A stretch of 63,742 bases of DNA, counting the filler, from Octopus bimaculoides (lineage: Eukaryota): the NCBI RefSeq assembly GCF_001194135.2. It is 5 parts of 5 records of this genome, joined end to end, with 100 filler letters (N's around TTAATTAATTAA, not from the genome) between each part and the next. Parts side by side here need not be neighbours in the genome. Positions count along the whole stretch, not along the records: positions 25,757 to 52,491 come from NC_068985.1; positions 52,592 to 55,873 come from NC_068997.1; 3 more parts are not named here. One strand, 5' to 3'. A program made the position numbers and the translations under genes. Under the pieces are notes generated by a model. It saw only the letters and a list, made by a program, of their open reading frames with translations, did no database searches and had not been told where the DNA came from. This document shows, piece after piece, positions 41,136 to 54,624 of the stretch (position 1 is its first letter; every line of letters begins with the position of its first letter).

Positions 41136-41989
41136 AGAAAGATTTATGTTTGGTATTTCAGGAGTAGCTGTATGTTTAAAAAGCTTGCTTTCCAATCACT
41201 TTGGTTCTAGGTTCAGTCCCACTAAATGGCACCTGGGGTAAGTGTTTTCTACTATAGTTCTGGGCTTACCAAAGCCTTGTGAGAGGATTTGGTAAATTGA
41301 AACTGAAAGAAACCCACTGAATGTAAGTGCATGTGTGCAGATATGTATAGCTTTCTATGTATCATACTTAATGTAAACATATACACCATTGATAGGTCAG
41401 TTACTGCTGCATTTATCCTGAGATAACATTTCTTCTGGACATGCTATGTTAAAAACAGAATAAATATCGAAGGACGACAAAAAAATTACCCAGCAGTGGT
41501 CAGTGAGAATGCTAGATGCATCCTACGTAGGAAGGAAAGATTTTTTGTCCAGGCATGTGTCTGACTGCAAGTGCACATCATTGAAAGAACCTCTCAAAAA
41601 GGTTGATATACATTTAGTAATCTCACTGGTCATTGTTGGAGTGATTTCTTTTTGTCTCTCTTCAGTATTTATTCTGTTTTCAACTCAGCATATTTTAAAA
41701 TGTTATCAGAAGATGAGTCAATGATGTATATACATTATGTTGGCAAAAGAGTTAAGAGAGATGCTGGTGTTTGTAAATATGTGGTTGAGTTGGCGTGTTG
41801 GTTGAACTGTTGATGCATACACCCAAGTGTGTGCATCTATTCACATAAGAATCTCAGATGGAAAATCTTTGGAATGTCTCACAAATCCTCATTGTGCCAC
41901 TAATAGATTGGAACTGGAGAATTAGTTTCTTTTGTTTCTTTTACTTTCTCTATGAAAGCAAGTATTTCTATGATTTTGTGCAATTTTAA

Positions 41990-42440
41990 TGGTATCGTGA
42001 TGGCACCTGTGCCCAGCGTCGCCTTTCTGGCACTTGTGCCGTGGCATGTGTAAAGACTTTTGAGCGAGATCATTGCCAGTGCCGCTGGACTGGCTCTTGT
42101 GCAGGTGGCACGTAAAATACACCATTTTGAGTGTGGCTGTTGCCAGTGCCGCCTGACTGGTCTTCGTGCCGGTGGCACATAAAAGCAACCACTACACTCT
42201 CGGAGTGGTTGGCGTTAGGAAGGGCATCCAGCTGGGGAAACTCTGCCAAATCAGATTGGAGCCTGGTGTGGCCATCTGGTTCACCAGTCCTCAGTCNNNN
42301 NNNNNNTCCAGCTGGGGAAACTCTGCCAAATCAGATTGGAGCCTGGTGTGGCCATCTGGTTCACCAGTCCTCAGTCAAATCGTCCAACCCATGCTAGCAT
42401 GGAAGGCGGACGTTAAACGATGATGATGATGATGATGATG
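41990..42440 (+). mobile_element. LINE (RTE-type) 3' UTR/tail ending in (GAT)n
   Basis: Tandem GCCAGTGCCGC..GGTGGCAC units, then ggcgttaggaagggcatccagc...ggacgttaaacgatgatgat; other copies at 40365-40525 (+), 45120-45290 (-) and 45988-46138 (-); RTE assignment is inferred. Confidence 0.65.
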
Positions 42441-42544
42441 GGTACAAATGAGAATTCATAGTCAAGGTACAAGAGCTGTATGTTCTACATCAATTCCCTA
42501 TGAATATTCTTTTTCCTAGACTTTTGATTGTACATTCATAATGT

Positions 42545-42583
<39 letters not shown>

Positions 42584-42638
42584 CGTGTGTGTGTGTGAAT
42601 AAATATATGAATATAAGTAAAAAAGAAATACTATTTAC

Positions 42639-42791
42639 GTCTGGATCTGAATCATCATACAAAGTAATCAAACGACTCCAGCCAACAGCAAGAATAACTT
42701 TACGGTCATTGAGGGCTAAAAGACCAGTGACATCAGCATCTGCGACTGGTTCCAGTTTATGCAAGTTATGACCATTTTGGAAGTTCCATAC
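42639..42791 (-). CDS. WD40-repeat protein, visible exon 4
   Basis: tttcag|GTA acceptor and GAC|gtaaat donor; 153 nt, phase 0/0; VWNFQNGHNLHKLEPVADADVTGLLALNDRKVILAVGWSRLITLYDDSDPD. Confidence 0.92.
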
Positions 42792-43180
42792 CTGAAACAA
42801 CCAATATATTCTTTTTCTTATTATTGAAAGTAAAGAACAATAAAATNNNNNNNNNNNNNNNNNNNNNNNNNNNNNNNNNNNNNNNNNNNNNNNNNNNNNN
42901 NNNNNNNNNNNNNNNNNNNNNNNNNNNNNNNNNNNNNNNNNNNNNNNNNNNNNNNNNNNNNNNNNNNNNNNNNNNNNNNNNNNNNNNNNNNNNNNNNNNN
43001 NNNNNNNNNNNNNNNNNNNNNNNNNNNNNNNNNNNNNNNNNNNNNNNNNNNNNNNNNNNNNNNNNNNNNNNNNNNNNNNNNNNNNNNNNNNNNNNNNNNN
43101 NNNNNNNNNNNNNNNNNNNNNNNNNNNNNNNNNNNNNNNNNNNNNNNNNNNNNNNNNNNNNNNNNNNNNNNNNNNNNNNN

Positions 43181-43227
<47 letters not shown>

Positions 43228-43599
43228 CATACAAGAATCTCTTTCTTTACGGAAGCAATGCATTCCTGAAAATCTAACTGTAACATGGAATCCCATAATG
43301 CAAAATTGAATTTCCTACTGATTTTCATGTTATCAAGATTGCATTCCTACAGACTTTTTCATTAAAAATGTACAAGAAAACAACAGAAAATTACCTTTAT
43401 ACGTGAAAATAACAATATTGGTACATATAAACACAAAAGCATTTTAAGAAAAATATGTTAGAGAATTAATAAGAATTGTAATATTGCAAGAGTACATTCT
43501 TACCACAAAAGATATTGACAACAATGTAAGGGGTGGTGGTGGAATGAACATTACTTGGAGGATGAAAGACAATGTATACTATCTTATAGTTCATTATCA

Positions 43600-43970
43600 C
43601 CAACATCAGCTTGAGGGGTGAAGAGTTTATCCAAAGTTGTTTGTTGTTTGATGCAGTATCCTTTTGTACAGCTCGGTATAGGAACTGAACTCATTGTAAA
43701 CTCCTCTGGTAATTTTTATTTTTTATTCAAGATTAGGATCATTATTAACAAAAACGTGCAGACCTTTAGTAATAATTTTTGTAACCAATTTAAGTGGTGT
43801 AGGTGGAACTTCTCTTGTATCATCTGTATTCTCAGCATGTTCTTTTTCTCACAACATCAGCTCCTCGTTAGATTAACTTTCTCTCTAGGACACTAGCAAC
43901 TCAGTCACATCATCAGCTATGACTTCTTCAAATACTACATCTTTTGGAAGTGTCACACTATCTTTCATAT
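43600..43970 (-). mobile_element. Tigger/pogo transposase C-terminal remnant
   Basis: DDVTELLVS...SNEEL...NDPNLE*KIKITRGV...YTELYK, typical of Tigger-type C-termini; several stops. Confidence 0.55.
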
Positions 43971-44093
43971 ACACATATAATGAGATGAACCGAGCTGGCT
44001 TTAAACATAATGACAACCACAGAAATCATGAAACCAAGGCTAAACACGACACTAATGGAAACTTCAAGATTTAACACTGTAAGTAGTTCTGAC

Positions 44094-44258
44094 CTTTATT
44101 GTTCCATTTCTGGCACCAGTCAACAGGCGACGCCATGTGGCATCAAACTTCATGCATGTGATTTCTTCATTTCCATGAGCATTGGAAAAAACAATTGCCT
44201 TGCTTCCAGCTTCAATATCCCAGACAGCAATGGTAGATGAATCACAACCAGTTACCAC
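44094..44258 (-). CDS. WD40-repeat protein, visible exon 3
   Basis: aatag|GTG acceptor and AAG|gtcaga donor; 165 nt, phase 0/0; VVTGCDSSTIAVWDIEAGSKAIVFSNAHGNEEITCMKFDATWRRLLTGARNGTIK. Confidence 0.93.
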
Positions 44259-46497
44259 CTATTTTGGAGATATCAAATTTAGTTATTTAAATTTTTTTGG
44301 GAATAGAGTGTTTTCATCATTTTACAATAATTTTAAAAAAATAAATCAAACAATATTTAAAGATGGTAAAGTGATAGGATACCAGCAATAAATAAGGCAC
44401 TCGGCTAAATAAAAATGTTTAAATTGGGCAAAAGACCACAGATTTCTAAGGAAGAGATGACTCTTGTAGATTACATCCACATAATAATTATCCATTCTAC
44501 TTTGGGCAAAAGGCTTGAAATTTTGGGGGAGGGGCCATATCAATTATATCAACCCCATCACTCAACTGGTGCTTATTTTAATGACCTCAAAAAGATGAAA
44601 GGCAAAGTCGACTTTGGTGGATTTTGAACTTAGAACATAAAGTCAGATAAAATGTGACTAAGCGCTTTAGCTTGTGTGCTAACAATTCTGCCTGTTCACC
44701 ATTTTCGTCTACACAAGTATTATGTAGGATTATAATGCAGTAACGCTGGTCTATATGATGTTGAGCATTATTTAGTTTTATTCCTCTATGTTCTGGAATG
44801 AAATTTCATTTCAGTTATATTTGTTTTCATATTTTCAGCACCTCTGTGATTAGTGTGAAAGGCAGATAAAACTGAAAACATGGCCAGAATGATTGTATTG
44901 TCATGGATTCCACTGCTAAAAGCATCCTGTTCCCAAGCAAGGTAATATTTCCCTATGGCCAAATAAGTTTTCCATGAAAAGCTAAAAACAAACAACAATC
45001 AATTTTATGATGGTGATGCTCATTTACAACCATTACACGATGTCAAGATAAGGATACCCCACTCACACACCACCACCACCACCACCACCACCATCATCAT
45101 CATCACCACCACCACCATCATCATCATCACCGTTTAATGTCCGTTTTCCATACTGGCATGGGTTAGATGGTTTGACTGAAGCTGGTAAGCTGGAGAGCTG
45201 CACCAGGTCCTAGATGTCTGTTTTGGCTTGGTTTCTATAGCTTCATGCCCTTCTTAACTCTAACCACTTAACAAAGTGTACTGGAGCCTTGGATCTAGGT
45301 TAGAAACCAGTTGTTTCTCTATTGACATGAAATCTTGAAATAAAACTAAATAACAACATACATACATACATACATAGACCTACATGTCAGGCTTCTTTCA
45401 GCTTCTGTCTATCAAATCCACTGACAAGGCTTTGGGTAGCCTGGGGTCATAGTATAAAATCCTTGCATAAATGCAATGCTGCAAGACTGAATCCTAGACC
45501 ATGTGGTTGGGAAGCAAGCTTCTTAACTAATTTATGATAAAAGAAAGAAATAACAGCTGCATACTGAAGATGTTTCAGCTGCCTATAAACCTCTCCTACA
45601 AATTTGTGGCCTTATGTAAAAACTGAGGAATTAAATACATCCTGTTTTTTGGAAATGTTGAAGAAGTCTAGCATACTGAAACTTCAATTCAGAATATTTC
45701 ATAAATTTCTCTTCTCATACCTGAGACTGGCAGTTTAATTATATTATGTGGAGAATGTGGTAAGTTAATATCAAAAATGTGATAAGATATCATGAAAAAT
45801 TATCAGAGATTGCTAGATGTAAAACTTACAAAGAGTGAAATAGTAAGCATAGCACATCTAAATTAGACATAATCGGTTTTCAAATTCCTAGATGGGTTAC
45901 ACTCCTTAATAAAACTGATATATATTTTCCCATGTTTAAATATAATTAATGCATTTGACAATAGTAACCTTCTGTTTCAGTAATATTGTCGTCGTCGTTT
46001 AATGTCCGCTTTCCATGCTAGCATGGGTTGGACGATTTGACTGAGGACTGGTGAAACCAGATGGCTACGCTACACCAGGCTCCAATCTGATTTGGCAGAG
46101 TTTCTACAGCTGGATGCCCTTCCTAATGCCAACCACTCAGAGAGTAACAAAATATTATGTTTATGAATGTTTATAGTTGACAAGAAATAAAAATAAAAAA
46201 AATGACCATCCTGAAATATAACAATATAGCAAAATATTATTGCAGCTAAATTTTTCTAGCTATTGTCTTCAGTTATGTTAGAAAAAACTTCAGTTATGTT
46301 AGAAAAAAAGGCTGGTCACTGCAAAATTAAAATAAATGTCCAGTTTTTTTTTTCAAATTGGTCAAAATGTAAAGAATTTATAGGCAAAATATAACAGAAG
46401 GTTCTGTTGAAATTTGCTTCAGGCAAAATTAAGCACATTGTGGAAATCACATATTTAAAAAAAAATTAAAAATGAGATTTGTTGTGATTAACTAAAA

Positions 46498-46656
46498 GGT
46501 GCAGGAGTGGGTGTGTGGTAAGAAGTTTGCTTCCCAATTACATGGTTTTAGGGTCAGTCCCACTGCATGACACCTCAGGCAAGTGTTCTACTATAGTCTC
46601 TGCTGACCAAAGCCTTGTGAGTGGATTTGGTAGACAGAAACTGAAAGATGCCAATC

Positions 46657-46710
<54 letters not shown>

Positions 46711-46885
46711 CTTTGTATCTATCTGTCCCACATCACTCTGTAGCTTAGTGGTTTGGCAAATGAGATCAATAAAATAAGTACCAAGCTTAAAAAAAAGTTT
46801 TAGGATCAATTCATTCAACTAAAAATTCTTCATGGCAGTACCCTAGCATGGCCACAGTCTAAAGACTGAAACTAGTAAGAGATAG
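46498..46885 (+). mobile_element. SINE family A, full length
   Basis: GGTGCAGGAGTGG head, GGGTCAGTCCC B box, central (TG)n and conserved tail. Confidence 0.8.
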
Positions 46886-47661
46886 AAAAAGAAAGATAAA
46901 AAATAAAAAAGTTGTTGGGTTCACCCTTTCCACATATTCATTGATCATGTATTCCTTAATATTTTACTGAAGTTTCAAAGTATTTGAAAAAATATCAGTT
47001 TTATTTTTGTCTTGAAAAATATACCTAATGTTCTGTATTGAGAATCCACACTGATCAACAGTCACTAAATAGAAAAATACTTGTATACAGAATGACATAT
47101 TCTTGAGTGCTATGTTCAATAGATCTGCCTGCTGTTTACATGTGGTATAGCCCTGATATTTGTATTCATTGTTACATGTGCAGCTTTTGAAAATAGTTTC
47201 ATTCAATAAAGAAACATTCATTTGAACCATCTGGCATATTTTGCTTATAAATTCTTTGTTTTAGCAGCCAAAACACAAAGAAAGCAGTTAAAATTTAGCT
47301 GATTTAAAGAAAAGGAAAAAAATCAGTGAACTATTCAAACAATTTTGACTACAAAACCAGGCTTTTTACTGGCATTACTGAAATTTTCTGTGAAATGTTA
47401 GTAGCAAGGCATTGGCTATGAGAAGTTAGCTACAGTATAATTTTTGTATATTTTATTGAAATGAAATGTTGCTATTGACAGATAAAACACAATTCGATTT
47501 AAACATGGTTTATTAAAGAATGTAATTATATACTTGAGATTTTAATATAGAGTTAACTAATTTGCATATTTGAATAGCTACTGAACTAGTTGGTGTTCTG
47601 AAAGCTGTAACTTAATATAAGTATCCAGTGTAGTATACTTAAAATCAGATAGCTCAAACAC

Positions 47662-47967
47662 ATAAGCAATATGGAGCTATGGCAAAGAACGAATCAAGTT
47701 TCGATTAGGGAGCAAATATTTAAGAAAAAGTGGAAGTGGATTGGTAGCACAATTAGAAGGGACACACCAAATGTGGAAAAAAGTGCTTTATAGTGGAATC
47801 CGGATGGATATAGAAAGAGGGGTAGGCCTAAGAACTTGTGGCGTAGATCAACACAAAAGGAACTAGAGAAGGGGGGACATTCATGGCAGAGTATAAGTAC
47901 AGAAGCAAAAAATTATACGACATGGAATTCAATTATAAGTGGCCTATACTCCGCGTTGGAGGGTTAA
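47662..47967 (+). mobile_element. RTE-clade LINE ORF2 C-terminus
   Basis: ISNMELWQRTNQ...KWKWIGSTIRR...WNPDGYRKRGRPKNLWRRS...GLYS, one frame with one internal stop. Confidence 0.8.
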
Positions 47968-48211
47968 AGGCAAGAAAGTAATTAATTTAGTCAATGAGAT
48001 ACTCAGGAAAATTGGAAGAAATGTTTAACATTTTGAGCCTATACTCTTCTCCAGAAGAGTATAGATGAGGAGAGAGAAAGGATAGATGAGGAGAGAGAAA
48101 AGATGAAGAGAAAAAGTGTCTGAATTAAACAGTCCAGGCATGCTGAAAAATCACATACATATATACATTCATATATATACACACACATATACATCCACAT
48201 ATGCATTATAA

Positions 48212-48604
48212 TATGAGGGTGGGTTGAAAAGTTCATAGGCTGACTATGAGGGGGTGATGTTAAAGCTGTGAAATCTTGCATACATTAATTTCAACCTTTC
48301 TTGTTTCTGCATTGTTTCTTTCCTGGTAAACTGACATCTGACTGTTCAAACAAGACTTCAAAAGTAACTAGTAGTGACTTCTCTTGAAAATGGGCAAAAT
48401 GGGGCATTGTGGTGTTATCAAGTACCTGCAGAAAAAGGATTTAGCCCCCAAGGACATTCATGTTGACATAGCTTTATCAACAATGCTAAAGTGGGCAGCT
48501 GAATTTAGGAGGGGAAGGGAGAGTGTTGAAGATGACCCAACGCCTAGACTTCCAGCTACTGCCACCACCGAGGAAAACATTGTTTGTGTTTACCACATAG
48601 TGAA
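48212..48604 (+). mobile_element. mariner 5' fragment (TIR plus HTH N-terminus)
   Basis: TATGAGGGTGGGTTGAAAAGTTC terminus; GVIKYLQKKDLAPKDIH...LKWAAEFRRGRESVEDDP..RLPATATTEENI. Confidence 0.8.
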
Positions 48605-48657
48605 CATATATCTGGCTATATACTGTCTCCTATTAAAGGGCAAATATGGAACTTTCT

Positions 48658-48776
<119 letters not shown>

Positions 48777-48970
48777 TGTCTCTGGTTCTACACATAATCT
48801 TTCATTAAAGGGTGAATTTCCGAGTTTTATGTTTGTGAAGGATAGACAAACCTCTGTCTATCTCTCCATACCATTTCTACTAATTTCATTGCTAAACATT
48901 AAATATGAAAAAAAAATTCACTGTTCTTTTACTTTTTATATTTGAATTTCTTTTTGATAAAGTTACAAAC

Positions 48971-49237
48971 CTGTTTAAAGAATTGGTTGTAAAGTGCACA
49001 GCAAAGCTGAGTATCATGAGTGACCGGGGTGGTCAGCTGACTCTTTGTTGTATTTCCTAGGCTTAGCTGACCTATGTAGTCATTGCAGGTGACCAGAAGG
49101 CAGTTGTGGTTAGGAGAAGTTAAAAGACACATTGGGAACTGTCCATGTTCAGGTACACGGCCATGAATGCTGCTGGGAAACTTCATAGCTATTGTTTGTA
49201 AGCAAGTGTGTTCTTTCAGGTCCCATACTTTGATGAC
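48971..49237 (-). CDS. WD40-repeat protein, visible exon 2
   Basis: cccaag|GTC acceptor and CAG|gtttgt donor; 267 nt, phase 0/0; VIKVWDLKEHTCLQTIAMKFP...THDTQLCCALYNQFFKQ continues the previous exon. Confidence 0.93.
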
Positions 49238-49314
49238 CTTGGGAAAAAGATTGGAGAAAAATGTCAAGGAAAACAATTACACACAAGGAAAGCAATTACA
49301 CACACACACACAAA

Positions 49315-49659
49315 CTGCCTTTAGTCGAGCAAATCGACCCCAGAGCTTATTCTTTGTAAGCCTAGTACTTATTCTATTAGTCTCTTTGGCCGAACTGCTA
49401 AGTTACAGGGACGTAATCACACCAGCATTGGTTGTCAAGTGATGTTGGGGGGACAAACAGATACACAAACATATACACATACATACATATACATATAGAC
49501 AGGCTTCTTTCAGTTTCTGTCCACCATATCCACTCACAAGGCTTTGGTCGGCCCGAAGCTATAGTAGAAGACACTTACCCAAGGAGCCACACAGTAGGAC
49601 TGAACTCAGGACCATATAGTTGGTAAGCAAGCTACTTACCACACAGCCACTCCTGCACC
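49315..49659 (-). mobile_element. SINE family A
   Basis: Reverse complement aligns to 60922-61270 including the head. Confidence 0.85.
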
Positions 49660-50438
49660 AGTATATATATTAATGTTTGTTTTTATGTCAAGATATTATG
49701 ATTTCAAAACTTGGCATAGGGTTAGCAGTTTTTGAGGGGAAGGGGACATCAATTACATCAACCCCATCGACCCTGAAAGGATAAAAGGCAAAATCAATCT
49801 TGGCAAAATTTGAAGTCAGAATGTAAAAATGGACAAAATGCCACTAAGCATTTTGCCTGATGTGCTAACGATTCTTTTCTACTCTAGGCACAAGGCCCGA
49901 AATTTTGGGGGAGGGGTCTAGTCGATTAGATCAACCCCAGTATGCAACTGGTACTAAATTTATCAACCCTGAAAGGATTAAAAGCAAAGTTGGCCTCGGC
50001 AGAATTTGAACTCAGAACGTAATGATAGCATTTAGCCCAGCGTGCTAATGATTCTGCCAGCTTGCCACATTACGTCAAGTTCTAATAAAAACAATTTTAC
50101 ACTAAACTGAAGGATTACTCAATACTTTTTGTGAAGTACATATTTATCATACATTTACAGGAAGAGTGGTGATGACTGTGACTTCGAAGTTGTAGCTGGC
50201 CAGCCTTTGTGGGACTGTCTGATGAAAAATAGCAGGCCAAAACTTTGAAGTCACTGCCAACATTCTTCTTGTAAAAGTACAATTTATATATATGACATGA
50301 CTGTGTGGTAAGAAGCTTGCTTCCCAACCACATGGTTCCAGCTTCAGCCCCACTGCATAGCACCTGGGGCAAGTGTCTTCTAATACAGTCTTGGGCTGAC
50401 GAAAGCCTTGTGAGTGGATTTGGATTTGGTAGACAGAA

Positions 50439-50508
<70 letters not shown>

Positions 50509-50641
50509 GTTATGAAAGGTATTGGAGTCAACCAAACTCTAAAGATACAGGTAATACCAAGTAAGTGCTGTATACCGACTAGTTTTGCCCCTGTCGTTGT
50601 ATCAACATGAAAGGGCAATATAACACAGGTCGTGTATTAGC

Positions 50642-51032
<391 letters not shown>

Positions 51033-51107
51033 AACCACATGTGGATCATTGGCGATTTATTTTTTTATCCTCCCTCTCCCTTTTCCCTCAGACTTTCCTC
51101 TGTCTTC

Positions 51108-51144
51108 TGCTTCTGAAGAAGAGCTTTGCTCGAAACGTAAAACA
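51108..51144 (+). ncRNA. Minimal type I hammerhead ribozyme motif
   Basis: UGCUU-CUGAAGA-A-GAGC UUU GCUC-GAAAC-GUA-AAACA; intact core, one mismatch in stem I. Confidence 0.65.
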
Positions 51145-51891
51145 ACCATTCTTTCCTTTCCTGAGCATCTGTTAATACTTTGCATGTACCANNNNNNNNN
51201 NNNNNNNNNNNNNNNNNNNNNNNNNNNNNNNNNNNNNNNNNNNNNNNNNNNNNNNNNNNNNNNNNNNNNNNNNNNNNNNNNNNNNNNNNNNNNNNNNNNN
51301 NNNNNNNNNNNNNNNNNNNNNNNNNNNNNNNNNNNNNNNNNNNNNNNNNNNNNNNNNNNNNNNNNNNNNNNNNNNNNNNNNNNNNNNNNNNNNNNNNNNN
51401 NNNNNNNNNNNNNNNNNNNNNNNNNNNNNNNNNNNNNNNNNNNNNNNNNNNNNNNNNNNNNNNNNNNNNNNNNNNNNNNNNNNNNNNNNNNNNNNNNNNN
51501 NNNNNNNNNNNNNNNNNNNNNNNNNNNNNNNNNNNNNNNNNNNNNNNNNNNNNNNNNNNNNNNNNNNNNNNNNNNNNNNNNNNNNNNNNNNNNNNNNNNN
51601 NNNNNNNNNNNNNNNNNNNNNNNNNNNNNNNNNNNNNNNNNNNNNNNNNNNNNNNNNNNNNNNNNATATATAGCAGTTCAGCAAAAAGGGACCAATAGAA
51701 TAAGTAACAGGTTTAAAAAAAAAATAGGTACTGGGTTCAATTCTTTTTGGCTTAAAATTCTTCAAGGTGTGTCCCAGCATGGCTGTAGTCTAATGACTGA
51801 AGCAGGAAAAAAAAATATTAATAGATTTATGCACATACTCAATTTCAACAATTATTTAATCATCTTATAATTTAACATTCAGATTACTCTT

Positions 51892-51944
<53 letters not shown>

Positions 51945-52204
51945 TTTACATTCTCTTTATTCATGTTTTAGATTTATCCTGCATTATCTTGTAGCTTTGA
52001 GATTTTGATGAGGTAACTATATATTTTAAGAATAACTTTGTAGGTTTATGTAAGAGGCCAGATTTGGCTGGTTTGAACATAAAAAGGTAGAAAATTTGGG
52101 CTGGATATGGCTGTATTAAATGCTAAAGGTTTAAGAAAAACAAAAGAGATAAAAATGAAAAAAAATCAACAAATTGTATATATGTTATATAAATGGTAAC
52201 TTAC

Positions 52205-52396
52205 AGCATCACGTGAAAGACTGAAAATTTGCAGCAATGCCTTGTGTAGAGCCACTGCAATGACTCCTGTATTATGGCCCCGCAGGATTGCAATCGGTTT
52301 ACTGGTCATGTAAGGGTTCCATAACTGGACGTTGTGGTTTGCGCTTCCACTAACAAGGATGTTTATGCTTTTGTTGTAGTCGAAACATTCAACTCC
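52205..52396 (-). CDS. WD40-repeat protein (WDR49/EFCAB8/WDY family), first visible exon
   Basis: ttcag|GGA acceptor and GCT|gtaagt donor; 192 nt, phase 0/0; GVECFDYNKSINILVSGSANHNVQLWNPYMTSKPIAILRGHNTGVIAVALHKALLQIFSLSRDA, with WD motifs and the family-typical LWNPY..KP...L.GH. Confidence 0.93.
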
Positions 52397-52453
52397 CTGA
52401 AAGTTTGATGAGGTGACATTAATAAAATAAAACATACACACACACACACAAAG

Positions 52454-52491
<38 letters not shown>

Positions 52492-52959
52492 NNNNNNNNN
52501 NNNNNNNNNNNNNNNNNNNNNNNNNNNNNNNNNNNTTAATTAATTAANNNNNNNNNNNNNNNNNNNNNNNNNNNNNNNNNNNNNNNNNNNNATACTTATA
52601 TACATATAATATATATATAAACATATATATATATTTCTATATATGTATATATTTCGATTTTTTGGATTTGGTTTGAAAAATTCCTTATATGAGTTCGTGT
52701 GTTGAAGCATATTCTGTTGTATCTGGGGAGAGTCATTCTCTTTTGTTCCCTTAAAATTTAACACACTCACCGGTAAAATTTCCACTTATTTATTTTTATT
52801 TTTCTAATATTTTCGTTGCGTCAAAACATCAAAAATTAAATAAAATAATATATACTCCGAAATCAGCCAGTACTAAAAACGAAAGGCATTTCAGTTTGCA
52901 TTATGGCAAGTAAACGAAATGCCTTTACCAACCCGTTGTAATACCCGCACACACAGACA

Positions 52960-53770
52960 AGTGAACGAAGCAGTGGATTTCTTTTCCGCCTTACCTACAA
53001 CCAGCGAGGCAGTTACCATGGATTAAATTGACATTAGCTTAGAAGATATACTACGAGTCATATATGAGGTGGACGTACCCTCAACTGCTGTCCCTGATGG
53101 TTTCCCAGCGATCCTCCTCAAATCGTGTAAGCAAGCCCTGGCGAAACCACTACAGATTCTCTTCCAGACCTTTCTTGCAAATGGCAGGCTGCCAAGCAAA
53201 CTGAAGGAGGGAATGATATGCCGAATCCATAAAGGAAGGAAGCAAAGCAGATGCCAAAAACTATAGGCCTGTCATATTGATTTCTTGCATCAGCAAAGTC
53301 ATGGAACGGATAGTCAGATGGAAACTAATCGCATTCCTTGAAGAAAACAACTTACTGTGTGATACTAAGCATAGCTTTCGATCAGGTAGGAACTGCTTGA
53401 CCCAGCTCTTACAGCACTATAACTGGATCTTGAGGTAGTTACTCATCAACTCAAATGTGGACGTAATATAGCCTGCTCTCACAGGTATGGTCACCAACAG
53501 TGTAACATTAACAGTGGACCTTGAAGTAATCAAGCGAAGCTTCACAAAGAAGATTTTTCGTTGCAACAGCTCAGCTACCGGGAAAGGCTGAAACAGCTAA
53601 GACTCTACCCAGCTGGAGCGATGGCAGGAGAGGTAAGCAGTAATATACATCTGGCAGATCATGGAAAGAATTGTGCCAAATTTTGGCATTGAAAGCTACA
53701 CCAGTGCCTGAACGGATCAACACTGTACAGTCTCAAAGATCCCAGCAATTCCATCGCGCTTCAGGTAAGA
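52960..53770 (+). mobile_element. CR1/L2-group LINE RT fragment with deletions
   Basis: VPDGFPAILLKSCKQALAKPLQILF...YRPVILISCISKVMERIV...HSFRSGRNCLTQLL. Confidence 0.8.
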
Positions 53771-54624
53771 GGTGCAAATGAGGGTAGCAACATCAACCTC
53801 CCTTATTCACCAAATGGCACATATTAAAGTAAGCTCTCAATGATAAAAGTGTAGCAAAACGGTGGTACCCCAGAATGGCCACAGCTCTTAGCTTAAACAA
53901 AAAAAATATACATATGCACACATATATATATACATATATATACATATTTATATACGTACATATATATATATATATATATATATANNNNNNNNNNNNNNNN
54001 NNNNNNNNNNNNNNNNNNNNNNNNNNNNNNNNNNNNNNNNNNNNNNNNNNNNNNNNNNNNNNNNNNNNNNNNNNNNNNNNNNNNNNNNNNNNNNNNNNNN
54101 NNNNNNNNNNNNNNNNNNNNNNNNNNNNNNNNNNNNNNNNNNNNNNNNNNNNNNNNNNNNNNNNNNNNNNNNNNNNNNNNNNNNNNNNNNNNNNNNNNNN
54201 NNNNNNNNNNNNNNNNNNNNNNNNNNNNNNNNNNNNNNNNNNNNNNNNNNNNNNNNNNNNNNNNNNNNNNNNNNNNNNNNNNNNNNNNNNNNNNNNNNNN
54301 NNNNNNNNNNNNNNNNNNNNNNNNNNNNNNNNNNNATACAGCTCAACCGATTAGCGCTCTGGTAGAGCTTCAGGAATATAAAATTAAGGAGAGGAGAAAA
54401 CAAATTCAAAGGCCGATGTATATATTCATTCAATCTATATTAACGAAATTCTCCATGGTATACAAAGTACATACATGGATGCATTCATCTATATGATATT
54501 TTAAAAATTTATAAAAATTTATAAATACATACATATACATGAAAATTTATAAATATATAAAAATTCATACACATAAAAATTCATAAATATAAATATATAA
54601 AAAGGTATAAGTCCATAAATATAC

